From contig NC_068988.1 of the NCBI RefSeq assembly GCF_001194135.2, positions 95,707,598 through 95,771,597 of the forward strand: a stretch of 64,000 nt of DNA, read 5' to 3'. Positions 32,121 to 43,005 of this stretch are shown here, piece after piece. Position 1 is the stretch's first letter. Each line of letters begins with the position of its first letter. The notes under the pieces were generated by a model. That model searched no databases, had not been told where the DNA came from, and saw only the letters and a list, made by a program, of their open reading frames with translations. Source of the DNA: Octopus bimaculoides (lineage: Eukaryota). Made by a program: the position numbers and the translations under genes.

Positions 32121-32435
32121 TTGGTTGGTGATTAATTACTGCGGCTTTTTTTTTTTTTTTTTCAACAAAAACAACAATATTTAACAAAAACATCTTTAAA
32201 TGACTGTCTGCCAAGCAAATGGGAAGCAGTAATTGAAGTAGATGGTGAATACGCTCCGGAATAATCAATGTTTCGGAATTAGTACATGATGTCGGTCATG
32301 AGGCAGTGTGTGACTGCTCACTCATGACGCCATAGACTTTTACCGAAAGATTGCCAAGATGTTGTTACATGTTATTGTTTTTGTTGAATAAAATTTGTTG
32401 AAAAAAAGCCGCAATAATTATGCACCAACCCAATA
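32121..32435. mobile_element. Internally deleted mariner (MADE-like MITE)
   Basis: TIRs ttggttggtg..aattactgcggc / gccgcaataattatgcaccaacccaata; internal LPSKWEAVIEVDGEYAPE* resembles a mariner transposase C-terminus. Confidence 0.85.
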
Positions 32436-32440
32436 TATAT

Positions 32441-32590
32441 TTCGTTATTGCCCAAAGGGGGCTAAACAGAGGGGACAAACAAGGACAGACAAAGTCGACC
32501 TCGGCGGAATTTGAACTCAGAACGTAACGGCAGACGAAATACGGCTAAGCATTTCGCCCGGCGTGCTAACGATTCTGCCAGCTCGCCGCC
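32441..32590 (-). mobile_element. SINE family B, head plus variant tail with the core deleted
   Basis: aaagtcgacctcggcggaatttgaactcagaacg...ctgccagctcgccgcc. Confidence 0.8.
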
Positions 32591-33565
32591 CAATATATTA
32601 ACCCTAAACACCGGGTGTGCAGATTCTTTACTTTCGCATATATAATATATATGCTAATTACATGTTAAGGTCACAGAAAAGTATATCAGTAACTAAAACA
32701 CTTCCAATGCATATCGAATAATTATAATACACTGAACTGATATTACTAACGGCATTTGACCCCTGTACCTGCCTTGGGCATAAGTAGCACAGCCAAGGGA
32801 GACTTCCTACATGTGGGGGGGGGGGGACTACGAAAGAACTGTGACATTGAGAGGAGGGTCCTGGACTTTGTCACCCACCAGATCAGGTTCTACAAACACA
32901 GAAAGAGGACTTCCTCGGGGGTAGATACAAATAGATAAGTAATGTGACAGACATAACAGATGTTAAAAGGAAGAAAAAACGGGTTTTATACGGAAGTGAA
33001 ATTAATGCCGTTTATTTTTGAATGCGTAGGGGTAATGATAGTTAAGAAATTTCGCAGTTGTTTAGAATTGTCCATTATTGTTTAGCTCTAATAAGTAAAT
33101 TGATTACAACCACGCCCATCCACTTAGAATTACATTATCTGATGTTAAGGCAGAATGAGTTTTAAGGGAGATTTAGCTAGTATTTCTAGCAGGTCATGCA
33201 GTTAAAATTACATCAATGTAATATAGAGACAAACCGAAAATGAAAAATATGTGCAGTTTCGATCCTTGGGCAAAGTTATCAGCGACTTACAAATAATGTC
33301 CTTGAGAAAAGATTTTAACACCATACAACCGTATTTCGACTGATCTAGAATTTTTTTAATGAGTTTGTAAATAAAATACAGTTAGAAATTCATAGACGAG
33401 AAAAAAAAGCGAAAAGCGAGATTTTTATTTTAATGTTAAATAAATTACGTCGGTAATTTTACTGCAAATGTTGTATAAACGTTCTACATTTGCAATAAGA
33501 TCGAACATTTTATATACATATACATGCACACACACCACATTATATATATATATATATATATATAT

Positions 33566-34181
33566 AAACAGGCCCTAATCAAGCACCTATTGAACTGTAA
33601 AACCGAGACTTGAAACGGTTAAAACGAAATCTAGGCAATTTAAATGCTTTTATATAAGAAACAGGGTGTATAATACACATGCACATACATATATATATGC
33701 CTGTGTATGTGTATGTGTATATATATATATATACACAGAGGCATATATATGTATACAGGGTTGGCCAAGTCACCAGGCAGTAAACCATAACCCATTTAAT
33801 TCCAAGATTAAAATGAAAAAATTATTTTGAGACTTCGCTAATAAATAGACAAATGCTGAAAATACAAAACAAAAAATAGAAAACGGTGATTTTAACTCAA
33901 AGCATTCAATTATTAAACATTCATAATTGGAATGAATAAATAAAAAGTGAATATTAAGTATTTATGGGTTTGATTTACTGTCAGGTGACTTTTGGCCAAC
34001 CCTGTATATACACACACACACACACAGATATGATTCTACATGTGTATAATTTTTACATATTATACACCTTATTTCTTACATAAAAGCAGAAACTAAATAT
34101 ATTTAAATTGCTTAGATTTTGTTTTAACCGTTTCAAGTCTCGGTTTAACAGTTCATTAGGTGCTTGATTAGGGCCCGCGTG
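33566..34181. mobile_element. Foldback element with about 105-120-bp TIRs in SOD1 intron 1
   Basis: ggccctaatcaagcacc..gtgtataata (33571-33675) mirrored at 34060-34175; (TA)n flanks. Confidence 0.85.
33756..34003. mobile_element. Tc1/mariner-type MITE nested in the foldback
   Basis: TA|CAGGGTTGGCCAAGTCACC ... GGTGACTTTGGCCAACCCTG|TA. Confidence 0.9.
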
Positions 34182-34305
34182 TATATATAGATAAATATAC
34201 ATAATAGAGTTGGAAGAGTTATTATATAAGATAAAGAAAGAGTAAAATTAAGGATATATGGAACCTAATAAGTGAAATTAAAACATTTGTTGTTATTAAG
34301 TTTAC

Positions 34306-34374
34306 CTCTTGTTTGAAGAATATTTTGCCGGAAACAGAGTCGGAACATCCCAGAACACAAACAGCCTGCATCAT
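34306..34374 (-). CDS. SOD1: Cu/Zn SOD exon 1 (MMQAVCVLGCSDSVSGKIFFKQE)
   Basis: AVCVL...FEQ-like N-terminal strands; GAG|GTAAAC donor, phase 0; the five exons total 468 nt = 155 aa + stop. Confidence 0.93.
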
Positions 34375-34455
34375 GAAGGAGAGATGAGAAGAAACTTGGG
34401 ACGAAATTACCAGAAACTCAACCTTTTACAACACTGGCCGACAGACAGACAGACC

Positions 34456-34462
34456 TGCGCAC
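34456..34462 (+). promoter_or_regulatory. MRE-core match TGCGCAC upstream of the SOD1 ATG
   Basis: Fits TGCRCNC, 82-88 nt upstream of the ATG; a short motif that could be chance. Confidence 0.25.
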
Positions 34463-34659
34463 TGAACACTTGAATACGTCTAGTAGTAGTAGTAGTAGTA
34501 GTAGATCGTTATTAATGGAGGAAAAGTACCTTAACCCTCTTACTACCTTCTTTCTTTCTTTCTCTCTCTCTCACCCTTCTCTCTTTATCTCTCTGTATCT
34601 CTCTTTCCCGCCCGTTTATCTCTATCCTTTTTCTCGCTGTTGCTCTCTCTCCTATGTAT

Positions 34660-35000
34660 TGTGTACGTATGTAGTGTATATTGTGTATGTGTGCGTATGT
34701 AGTGTATATGTGCGTATGTAGTGTATATTGTGTATGTGTNNNNNNNNNNATGTAGTGTATATTGTGTATGTGTGCGTATGTAGTGTATATTGTGTATGTG
34801 TGTACGTATGTTGTGTATGTGTGTGCGTATGTAGTGTATATTATGTATGTGTGTACGTATGTAGTGTATATTGTGTATGTGTGCGTATGTAGTGTATATT
34901 GTGTATGTGTGAACGTATGTAGTGTATATTGTGTATGTGTGTGCGTATGTAGTGTATATGTGCGTATGTAGTGTATATTGTGTATGTGTGTGCGTATGTA
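34660..35000. repeat. Minisatellite, 22-30-bp unit TGTAGTGTATATTGTGTATGTGTGCGTA
   Basis: About 12 imperfect tandem units, with a small N gap inside. Confidence 0.9.
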
Positions 35001-35190
35001 ACGTATATTTTCCCTCGTTTTTAGTTGTTTCTTCCACTTGTTTTTTCTCTTTTTATTTCCCTCCTATTTTATCCTTCATTGACCATTTAATTTTCAGGCA
35101 TTTTTCCCTTCTCTGCGTATTTTGTCGATCCTTCTCTCTCTCTCTCCGGCGTCAATTTTCGGTGTTTTTTTAATGAATATATATATGTAG

Positions 35191-35405
35191 TTTTATCTTT
35201 TGTTTCATTCATTGGACTCCTGCCATGCTGGGGCACCACATTGAAGAATTATTAGTCGAGTGAATCGACTACAGTACTTTTTTTATTTTTTTAAATAAAC
35301 CCCTTTATTTATTCTATAGGTTTCCTTTGCCAAACCGCTAATTTTCGGGGGCGTAAACACACCAGCACCGGTTGTCAAACGGTGGTCAGGTACAAACACA
35401 CATAC
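35191..35405 (-). mobile_element. SINE family A 3' part
   Basis: gccatgctggggcacc..ctttgccaaaccgcta..gtaaacacaccagcaccggttgtcaa. Confidence 0.75.
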
Positions 35406-35491
35406 ATCTATCCTCATCCCAGAGGCAGTGGCCTCACCGGGTAACTTTCTCTCTTTCACCCCNNNNNNNNNNNNNNNNNNNNNNNNNNNNN

Positions 35492-35535
<44 letters not shown>

Positions 35536-35945
35536 TCCCTCTTTCTCTCACGCACACATACAGACGTATACACACACACTAAAGGCATGCTAATCAGTAA
35601 TGATCAAAATAAAGTTGTTCTACAATTATAAACACGCTCGTGTACATTCAGATATGGAAGCATCTTCGCTGCGGTGACAAATCACTCATTTAGTTGTATA
35701 TATTTTAATTGTTTATTCATTCGTTTCGTCTCATTCGATCCCCTGACCCCAATGTTTGTTTTGTCTGTTCTCGTATCGTCCCCTCTTTTTCTCAACCTCG
35801 TGGTTAATAAAGAAATTGACTGCCTTGGAAGAGAAAAATCATCTTGTAGGCAACGCGTATATAAAAAACACAATGGGCACTGAGCCATGAATGATGTCAC
35901 AGAACTGTGAACACGTGTTTCTGCGTCGTTACGCTTCATCAGTCA

Positions 35946-36098
35946 TTTATTCTTTCATTTGTTTCAGTCATTTTGATTGCGGCCATGCTGGGGCACCGCC
36001 TTCTATCGTATTTATTCTATCGGTCTCTCTTGCCGAACCATTAAGTTACGGGGACGTAAACACACCAGCATCGGTTGTCAAGCGATGGTGAGAAACAA

Positions 36099-36129
<31 letters not shown>

Positions 36130-36262
36130 TATCTATACGACAGGCTTCTTTCAGTTTCCGTCTACCAAATCCACTCACTAGGCTTTGGTCGGCCCGAGGA
36201 TATAGTAGAAGATATTTCGCCTAGGTGTCACGCAGTGGGACTGAACCCGGAACCATGTGGTT
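35946..36262 (-). mobile_element. SINE family A, near full length
   Basis: Tail gtttcagtcattttgattgcggccatgctgg through head gggactgaacccggaaccatgtggtt with a central (CA)n. Confidence 0.85.
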
Positions 36263-36349
36263 ATATATATAAATTTAATATATACTGACTGCTCTATAAT
36301 TTAGAATGTGCTTCTTTTTTCGGATTTATGCTTTTACAGACGATATACA

Positions 36350-36400
36350 TACATACATGCATGCCTACATACATACATACATTCAGACAGACAGACAGAC

Positions 36401-36456
<56 letters not shown>

Positions 36457-36472
36457 TGATAGATAGATAGAT
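36350..36472. repeat. (CATA)/(GACA)/(GATA)n compound microsatellite
   Basis: Directly visible. Confidence 0.95.
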
Positions 36473-36494
36473 GTGACAATTATTCGGTAGCCAT

Positions 36495-36555
36495 GATAAA
36501 ACTCCGAGTTTCGGATGTCGGGGCGGAAACCCGCGCCGGCATCTCGTCAGTTATC
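36495..36555 (-). ncRNA. Type I hammerhead ribozyme fold (Penelope-like/retrozyme type)
   Basis: GAUAA-CUGACGA-GAUG C CGG C GCGG GUUU CCGC C CCG A CAUC-C-GAAA-C UCGGA G-U-U-UUAUC: intact CUGANGA and GAAA cores, 5-bp stem I, long stem II, minimal stem III, GUU triplet; one extra C before GAAA. Confidence 0.7.
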
Positions 36556-36622
36556 GGGCCATCGAAAAAAATGCTTTGAAAATGATGGCCCGGTAACTGA
36601 AGAGATGCCGGCGCGGGTTTCC
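36525..36622. repeat. GC-rich inverted repeat, 39-bp arms (37/39 match), 20-nt loop
   Basis: 36525-36563 versus the reverse complement of 36584-36622. Confidence 0.95.
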
Positions 36623-37035
36623 TGAATTCGCTCAACTGTGTGAGAAATCAAAGCACAATCATCAGAAAACAGAAAGTCACGCAGGATCTCTTCCTTGATC
36701 TTTTTCTTTGGTCTGAAACTTTGCCCTTTCAGGTTTCACAGACCTTCTTCTGGGCGAAACTGGAATTTTACACCCTCATGGTAATCCCTGAAAGCATGTT
36801 GGTGCATCATTGAGAAGAATACGGAAAACAGTACAGGGGCTAAACCACATCCCCGTTGGGTTCCAGTTTGGTTCCAGAGGCAACAGAAGATGCCTCTGAA
36901 CTATTGGATATCACTGTTGCCATCATTCCTTTATACAGGGATACTGTTAACCTTACCATTTTATCAGGAAGTCCAGTTTCACGATTTACTGCATCAAAGG
37001 CCTTGGTCAAGTCGACAAAGACCATGTAGAAGGCA
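36623..37035 (-). mobile_element. Decayed BovB-like RTE RT fragment
   Basis: FVDLTKAFDAVNRE...GLAPVLFSVFFSMM..AFRD..LRDFLF.DDCALISH. Confidence 0.8.
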
Positions 37036-37480
37036 GCGTATATAATCCAAGGCGTACAGTATTATATATCCATCACGGCTGATCTTACCAATCGGTTTCG
37101 CACTAAGGGTACAACGGAGTGTTAGGTTTAACAATCCGACTATATAACCCCACGCTCATCAGAGGTAGCTGAAATGGAATGGAATATGGCGACTCTCTCT
37201 TCTTAGGATATTCAACAAAGAATATCTTAAATCCATCATATATATATATATATATATATATTGAAGTTAAACCAAGTATTGATATTACGAAAGCATTTAG
37301 TATGTACGTTTCGGATCTTTACGTAATAATAGGGAATTTATCTCTTTTGTAAGATTTTCTTTAGGTAATTCATTTCAATGTGACTTGATGCCAGTACAAA
37401 CTAGCCTGTCCCGATTCCATTTTACGTGACTATGGTAACAAGGATTTGAAGCAGTCTGTTCTATTTGACTCTAGTCTTCT

Positions 37481-37749
37481 GTGGCGCATGGCTCAGTGGT
37501 TACGATATTCGGTTTAAGGTGTCATGGTTCGATTCCTGGTGGCACGTTGTGCCCTTGAGGAAGACTCTTTATTTTACGTTGCTCCAGTGCATTCTATTTC
37601 ACACCGAATCTCCCTGAGAACTACGTTATGGGTACGTGTGTCTGTGGAGTACTCAGCCATTTGCATGTTAATTTGTTAATTTCACGAGTAATCTGTTCCG
37701 TTGATCGGATCAATTGGAACAGTCGTCGTTGTAACCGACGGAGAGCCAG
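37481..37749 (+). mobile_element. tRNA-headed SINE family C
   Basis: A/B-box-like gtggcgcatggctcagtgg / ggttcgattcc, then gttgtgcccttgaggaagactc; related piece at 48958-49095. Confidence 0.65.
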
Positions 37750-38843
37750 CTTTATACATATATATATATATATAGTGAATTAGCGCACGAAGCGACACGA
37801 ATCGAAGTGGCGCTACGGTTTAGGACGAAGAGGAGGTGGGGGAGTGCGATAATGTGAATAGAGTGATTGTGTCTTTTGTTGACTACAAGATTCGGTTGAC
37901 CCCATCGGAGAATGTTATCGAGTTCACAGCGCATGGAGGTCGCGTAGGCACGCGGTGGTGGAGGGTGTATGTGGCAGATACGTAGATACGTGTGTGTAGA
38001 GGGTTAAAGAGGGGTGGAGGGAGAGAGTTTTATTATCTGCGTTGGAGGAGTGGAGGGTGTTGGCGGTGACGGCAAGTAGGTTATTGACACACACACACAC
38101 ACATACATACATACATGTGTGTGTGTGTGTGTGTGTGAACGACTTCCTTTTATCTTTTACTTGTTTCAGGCATTTGACTGCGGCCATGCTGGAGCACCGC
38201 CTTTAGTCGAGCAAATCGACCCCAGGACTTATTCTTTTAAAAATTTTGTAAACGTGATTTTTTTGCATCNNNNNNNNNNNNNNNNNNNNNNNNNNNNNNN
38301 NNNNNNNNNNNNNNNNNNNNNNNNNNNNNNNNNNNNNNNNNNNNNNNNNNNNNNNNNNNNNNNNNNNNNNNNNNNNNNNNNNNNNNNNNNNNNNNNNNNN
38401 NNNNNNNNNNNNNNNNNNNNNNNNNNNNNNNNNNNNNNNNNNNNNNNNNNNNNNNNNNNNNNNNNNNNNNNNNNNNNNNNNNNNNNNNNNNNNNNNNNNN
38501 NNNNNNNNNNNNNNNNNNNNNNNNNNNNNNNNNNNNNNNNNNNNNNNNNNNNNNNNNNNNNNNNNNNNNNNNNNNNNNNNNNNNNNNNNNNNNNNNNNNN
38601 NNNNNNNNNNNNNNNNNNNNNNNNNNNNNNNNNNNNNNNNNNNNNNNNNNNNNNNNNNNNNNNNNNNNNNNNNNNNNNNNNNNNNNNCCGTAGAGTTATT
38701 TCCCTTAGACCGCATTTTACGATAGTTTCCACCCGCGTGGGTTGCTGTGAAGTGGAAACTGTCACTCATTTAGTTGTGTGCATGTATGTGTGTGTGTGGG
38801 TTGGGGGGGGAAGGGATAAGGAATAAGGGTGAGACACTGAGGG

Positions 38844-38878
<35 letters not shown>

Positions 38879-39060
38879 GAGATAGAGAGAGAGAGAGAGG
38901 GGGGGAGAGAGAGTCAAGATGTAGGATCCAGAGATGCTCAATGTAGAAAACACTGCGTAGCACTCAAAGGATTTGAACTTAGACTTTGAAATCTTTATCG
39001 AGGACCAAGTCCATTGGGTAAAGAATGGCTCTAACAGGAAAGCAGGGGGAATAGATATGG

Positions 39061-39432
39061 AAATAAAGAAAGAAAACCGCTTGGGCTAGAGATATAAAAT
39101 ATACTTGTATACATGTAAAGAGAGGCTGAAAATATTCAGACAGCGAATATTCATGCATAAATAATAGAGATATATATATATTAACAGAGCAGATTTAAAT
39201 GAAGTACAGAGACACAGGAAATTAAGGGGAGAGGAGCAACACCTTACTTTCTCCCCTTAATTTTCTGTATCTTTGCTCTCTGTGTAATTTTGCGCTGTTA
39301 ATAATATAAATATTCCTATATTTATACAGGAATATTCATTACCTGAATATTTCCAGTCCTTATTTTTATCTCTGTTTACATGTCTACAAGTATATTTTAT
39401 ATCTCTAACTCAAGCAGTTTTATCTGTTTATT
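39061..39432. repeat. About 370-bp imperfect palindrome (foldback)
   Basis: Arms of about 180 bp centred near 39239, e.g. gagatataaaatatacttgta / tacaagtatattttatatctc and aaattaaggggaga / tctccccttaattt. Confidence 0.85.
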
Positions 39433-39473
39433 TGCATCATTATCTCTCTTTCTCTCCATCTCTTTCTCTCTCT

Positions 39474-39528
<55 letters not shown>

Positions 39529-39672
39529 CCTTCCCCTCTCTCTCTCTGTATGTTAAACACGTTTGTGTTTGTGACTGGAGTACACAAATTGAGAAGAAGA
39601 GAATAAGGGAATGAAGAAAAACGAACCAGGCGCAGTTCCCTCCCTTGACTTTCTCAACATTTATCAGTTGCC

Positions 39673-39865
39673 AAGGCGGCAAACTGGCAGAAACGCTAGC
39701 GCGCCGGGCGAAGTGCTTAGCGGTATTTCGTCTGCCGTTACGTTCTGAGTTCAAACTCCGCCGAGGTCGACTTTGCCTTTCATCCTTTCGGGGTCGATAA
39801 ATTAAGTACCAGTTACGCACTGGGGTCGATGTAATCGACTTAATCCCTTTGTTTGTTCCCTCTGA
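39673..39865 (+). mobile_element. SINE family B, well preserved
   Basis: Head and core nearly match the other family B copies; CpGs retained. Confidence 0.9.
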
Positions 39866-41182
39866 GGAGACCAAAGTGTACGTGCGCCTCTATATTTTTT
39901 TTATATATGCTCACCCAAAATTACAGACGCCCTTGACCTCATTAGTCCGCGCATGCAAAGCTATGTCTTCGAGAATGTAGGTTACAATTATGGCGATTAA
40001 ATTTAGATAACAATTTGCATCGTTACCCTATCCCACCCCCGAAGTTGTTGCATCAATTTATGGAAGTTTAGCAATTTTACGTTCTTTATGTTTTTTGTCG
40101 AAAAAATATTTTTACGAAACTATTACACAAAATGAAAATTATGAGGAAATAAAGTCTGGAGGAGGGGAAAATAATCCGAAACTCCTCAAAGTTTTTTTTA
40201 CTGTTTTCAATATAATCGTATCTCCACTCACGAAAACGTGTCTCTGCAAAACTTCATTAAAAGTTATGAGGAAACAAAGACGTGGGAGATATCAAACTTG
40301 TAGCTATGTAAGCCCAAGTTATGACAATCTCGCCTTTTTATGGATATATATTTGAGTAAACAACAGAAAAAATAAAATAGATACAAAGTTAGAGCAGAGA
40401 GAGAGAAAAGCAGAGAGAGAGAGAGAGCAGGAGAGACAGGGGGAGAGAAAGCGAGCGAGAGACTTAGCATGCCTAGGAGTTAGGAGATGGAACTCAATTG
40501 TAACCAACGTGTGAATATAGTCTTTTCGTAGTCGACCAAATGAAACTATTGTCACACAGAGAAACAACCGATGACAGTCACGCCTTTAGCATTGGTTAGC
40601 CTCGATGACTCACTTCTGTTCTGTATCAATCATGGACTATTTTAAGGCGGAAGTTTACCTTAAAAGTCTCCCTTCCGCTTTTTGATATCAATCGAAATCA
40701 TAAACAAACAGCCAGATAATTGGTTTGTACAAGTTTTGGATTAATCATTCATTAGATCGATCGTCTCTGAAATTCTCATTTCATTTTTCATCACCTTTTA
40801 GTTTTTAATGAAGTAAACGTAAATATTTTAGAGAAAAAGGGAAACCNNNNNNNNNNNNNNNNNNNNNNNNNNNNNNNNNNNNNNNNNNNNNNNNNNNNNN
40901 NNNNNNNNNNNNNNNNNNNNNNNNNNNNNNNNNNNNNNNNNNNNNNNNNNNNNNNNNNNNNNNNNNNNNNNNNNNNNNNNNNNNNNNNNNNNNNNNNNNN
41001 NNNNNNNNNNNNNNNNNNNNNNNNNNNNNNNNNNNNNNNNNNNNNNNNNNNNNNNNNNNNNNNNNNNNNNNNNNNNNNNNNNNNNNNNNNNNNNNNNNNN
41101 NNNNNNNNNNNNNNNNNNNNNNNNNNNNNNNNNNNNNNNNNNNNNNNNNNNNNNNNNNNNNNNNNNNNNNNNNNNNNNNNNN

Positions 41183-41217
<35 letters not shown>

Positions 41218-42276
41218 ATATGGGTACAGGACGTCACCAACAATAGACAATATGAAATATGAAAACAAATGAGTTAAATACGCAAATAAAGAGAGAGAAA
41301 AAAAAGACAAGCAATACAAAGAATGACCCTTCATCAGTTGTCGGCTGTCTATCTACTCCCCATTTCGAGCAATCAACGACAATATGAGTTGATTGCTCCT
41401 ATAAATACCAAAATAAAATTTTGGATTTATGGAGGGTTAAAATTAGGAACAAAACAGCACAGTGAAGACAAACAGGGAAACCGAACGAAATCAAACATGG
41501 AGGGGTCGTTAGAACGGAACGGGTGGGGGTGGGGGGAAATAGTGAACGCTGAGAGAAATATTTTCTTTGAAAAGAGAAAAGATAGAAGAGAGAGATAAGA
41601 GACATCCAGTCCTTAGAACGTCCGTAGGTCAGTATTTATGTATGTATGTGTCGGTTGAAAGATCACTCGACCTATTTCTGGATGCACAGGCAGAGACAAG
41701 TGTCGTCCAGGGTCGGCATGCGATATATCCTCCGTTGTTTATGAAATACAGGTATCAGCAAACTAAGGCAATGACCGGACAGATCTATTTAGGCTGAAAT
41801 TGAACTCAGAACAGTGAGATATTGAACAAACCTTGACTGTCTGCATCATTCATTCGACAGGAATTATTGATTCCATTTTGATATTGGCATAAATGTTCTT
41901 AATTACAGCTTGGCAGAAAAAAAAATGAAGAATAAGATTTTGTGATGTTTATGCATTTCCCAAGATGATCATCAACAAGGAAATAAACTTGTATCAAACG
42001 AGAATCGAAACCGGTACCACAAATTCGGGTCAGTGGGAGTTTTAATTGTTTTGTTCCACAGTGTATGCTCATTCAAAGCAGATCAGGTTTCTCTTTTTGT
42101 TGTGACTAAAAGAACAAGAAAAAGGTTTGTTGTGACGTTCATGCTATTCTGAAAGCCATATCCGGTTTTACCTCTCTACTACACTACAACTGTCATTAAT
42201 TCTTCACAGGAAATACTGGCTTCCTTAGAATTGGTCCACAGACAAAATGATAGAGGTTGGCATATCCACTTTTCAT

Positions 42277-42420
42277 TGGTTTCAACTTTTGGCACAACAC
42301 CAGCAATTTAGGCAAAGTTGACCTCGGCGGAATTTGAACTCAGAACGTAAAGACAGACGAAATACCGCTAAGCATTTGACCTGTCCGGTGTGCTAACGAT
42401 TTTGCCAGCTCGCCACCTTA
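42277..42420 (-). mobile_element. SINE family B, core deleted
   Basis: gacctcggcggaatttgaactcagaacgtaaagacagacg..gccagctcgcc. Confidence 0.8.
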
Positions 42421-42929
42421 ACTCTTGCATTTATTGATCACAGAGAAATAGCTGGCAAATTCAAACCCATTGTGTGTTCAATGTAGAATCCAATGGGTCG
42501 AAATTAAAAACTAATTACTTACATCCGGCATTTTACCAATTCACCTGCCTCCCACTATCTTCTCTTCGGATAATACCAATTTACTTTCACAAGCCACGAG
42601 GCTAAATTTTTAATGGAGAAGTAAGAGTCGATTGAATCGCTTCCAATATACTACTTACAGTTATCTTAATAAAGCTAGTCAGGGTTTGAACTCTTTACGC
42701 AGATAAATGGAACCGAACGCTGAAAGGCATTTAGTCCCATCCAACCGTATTCAGCCTCGTCTCATTATCTGCCAACTTACCATTCATTCTACGCTTAAAA
42801 TATTGCAACCGTCTAAGAAATAATTGTCGTCGTTTTAAATTTTTGAAAGCAGTGAATAGTTTTTGGAGAAACAATCTATATTTGCCAATGTTTATATAAT
42901 CTATACAAACAGCAGAGGTGTAGCAGCAC

Positions 42930-42930
<1 letters not shown>

Positions 42931-43004
<74 letters not shown>
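42931..43004. repeat. (TAG)n microsatellite
   Basis: Directly visible. Confidence 0.98.
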
Positions 43005-43005
<1 letters not shown>

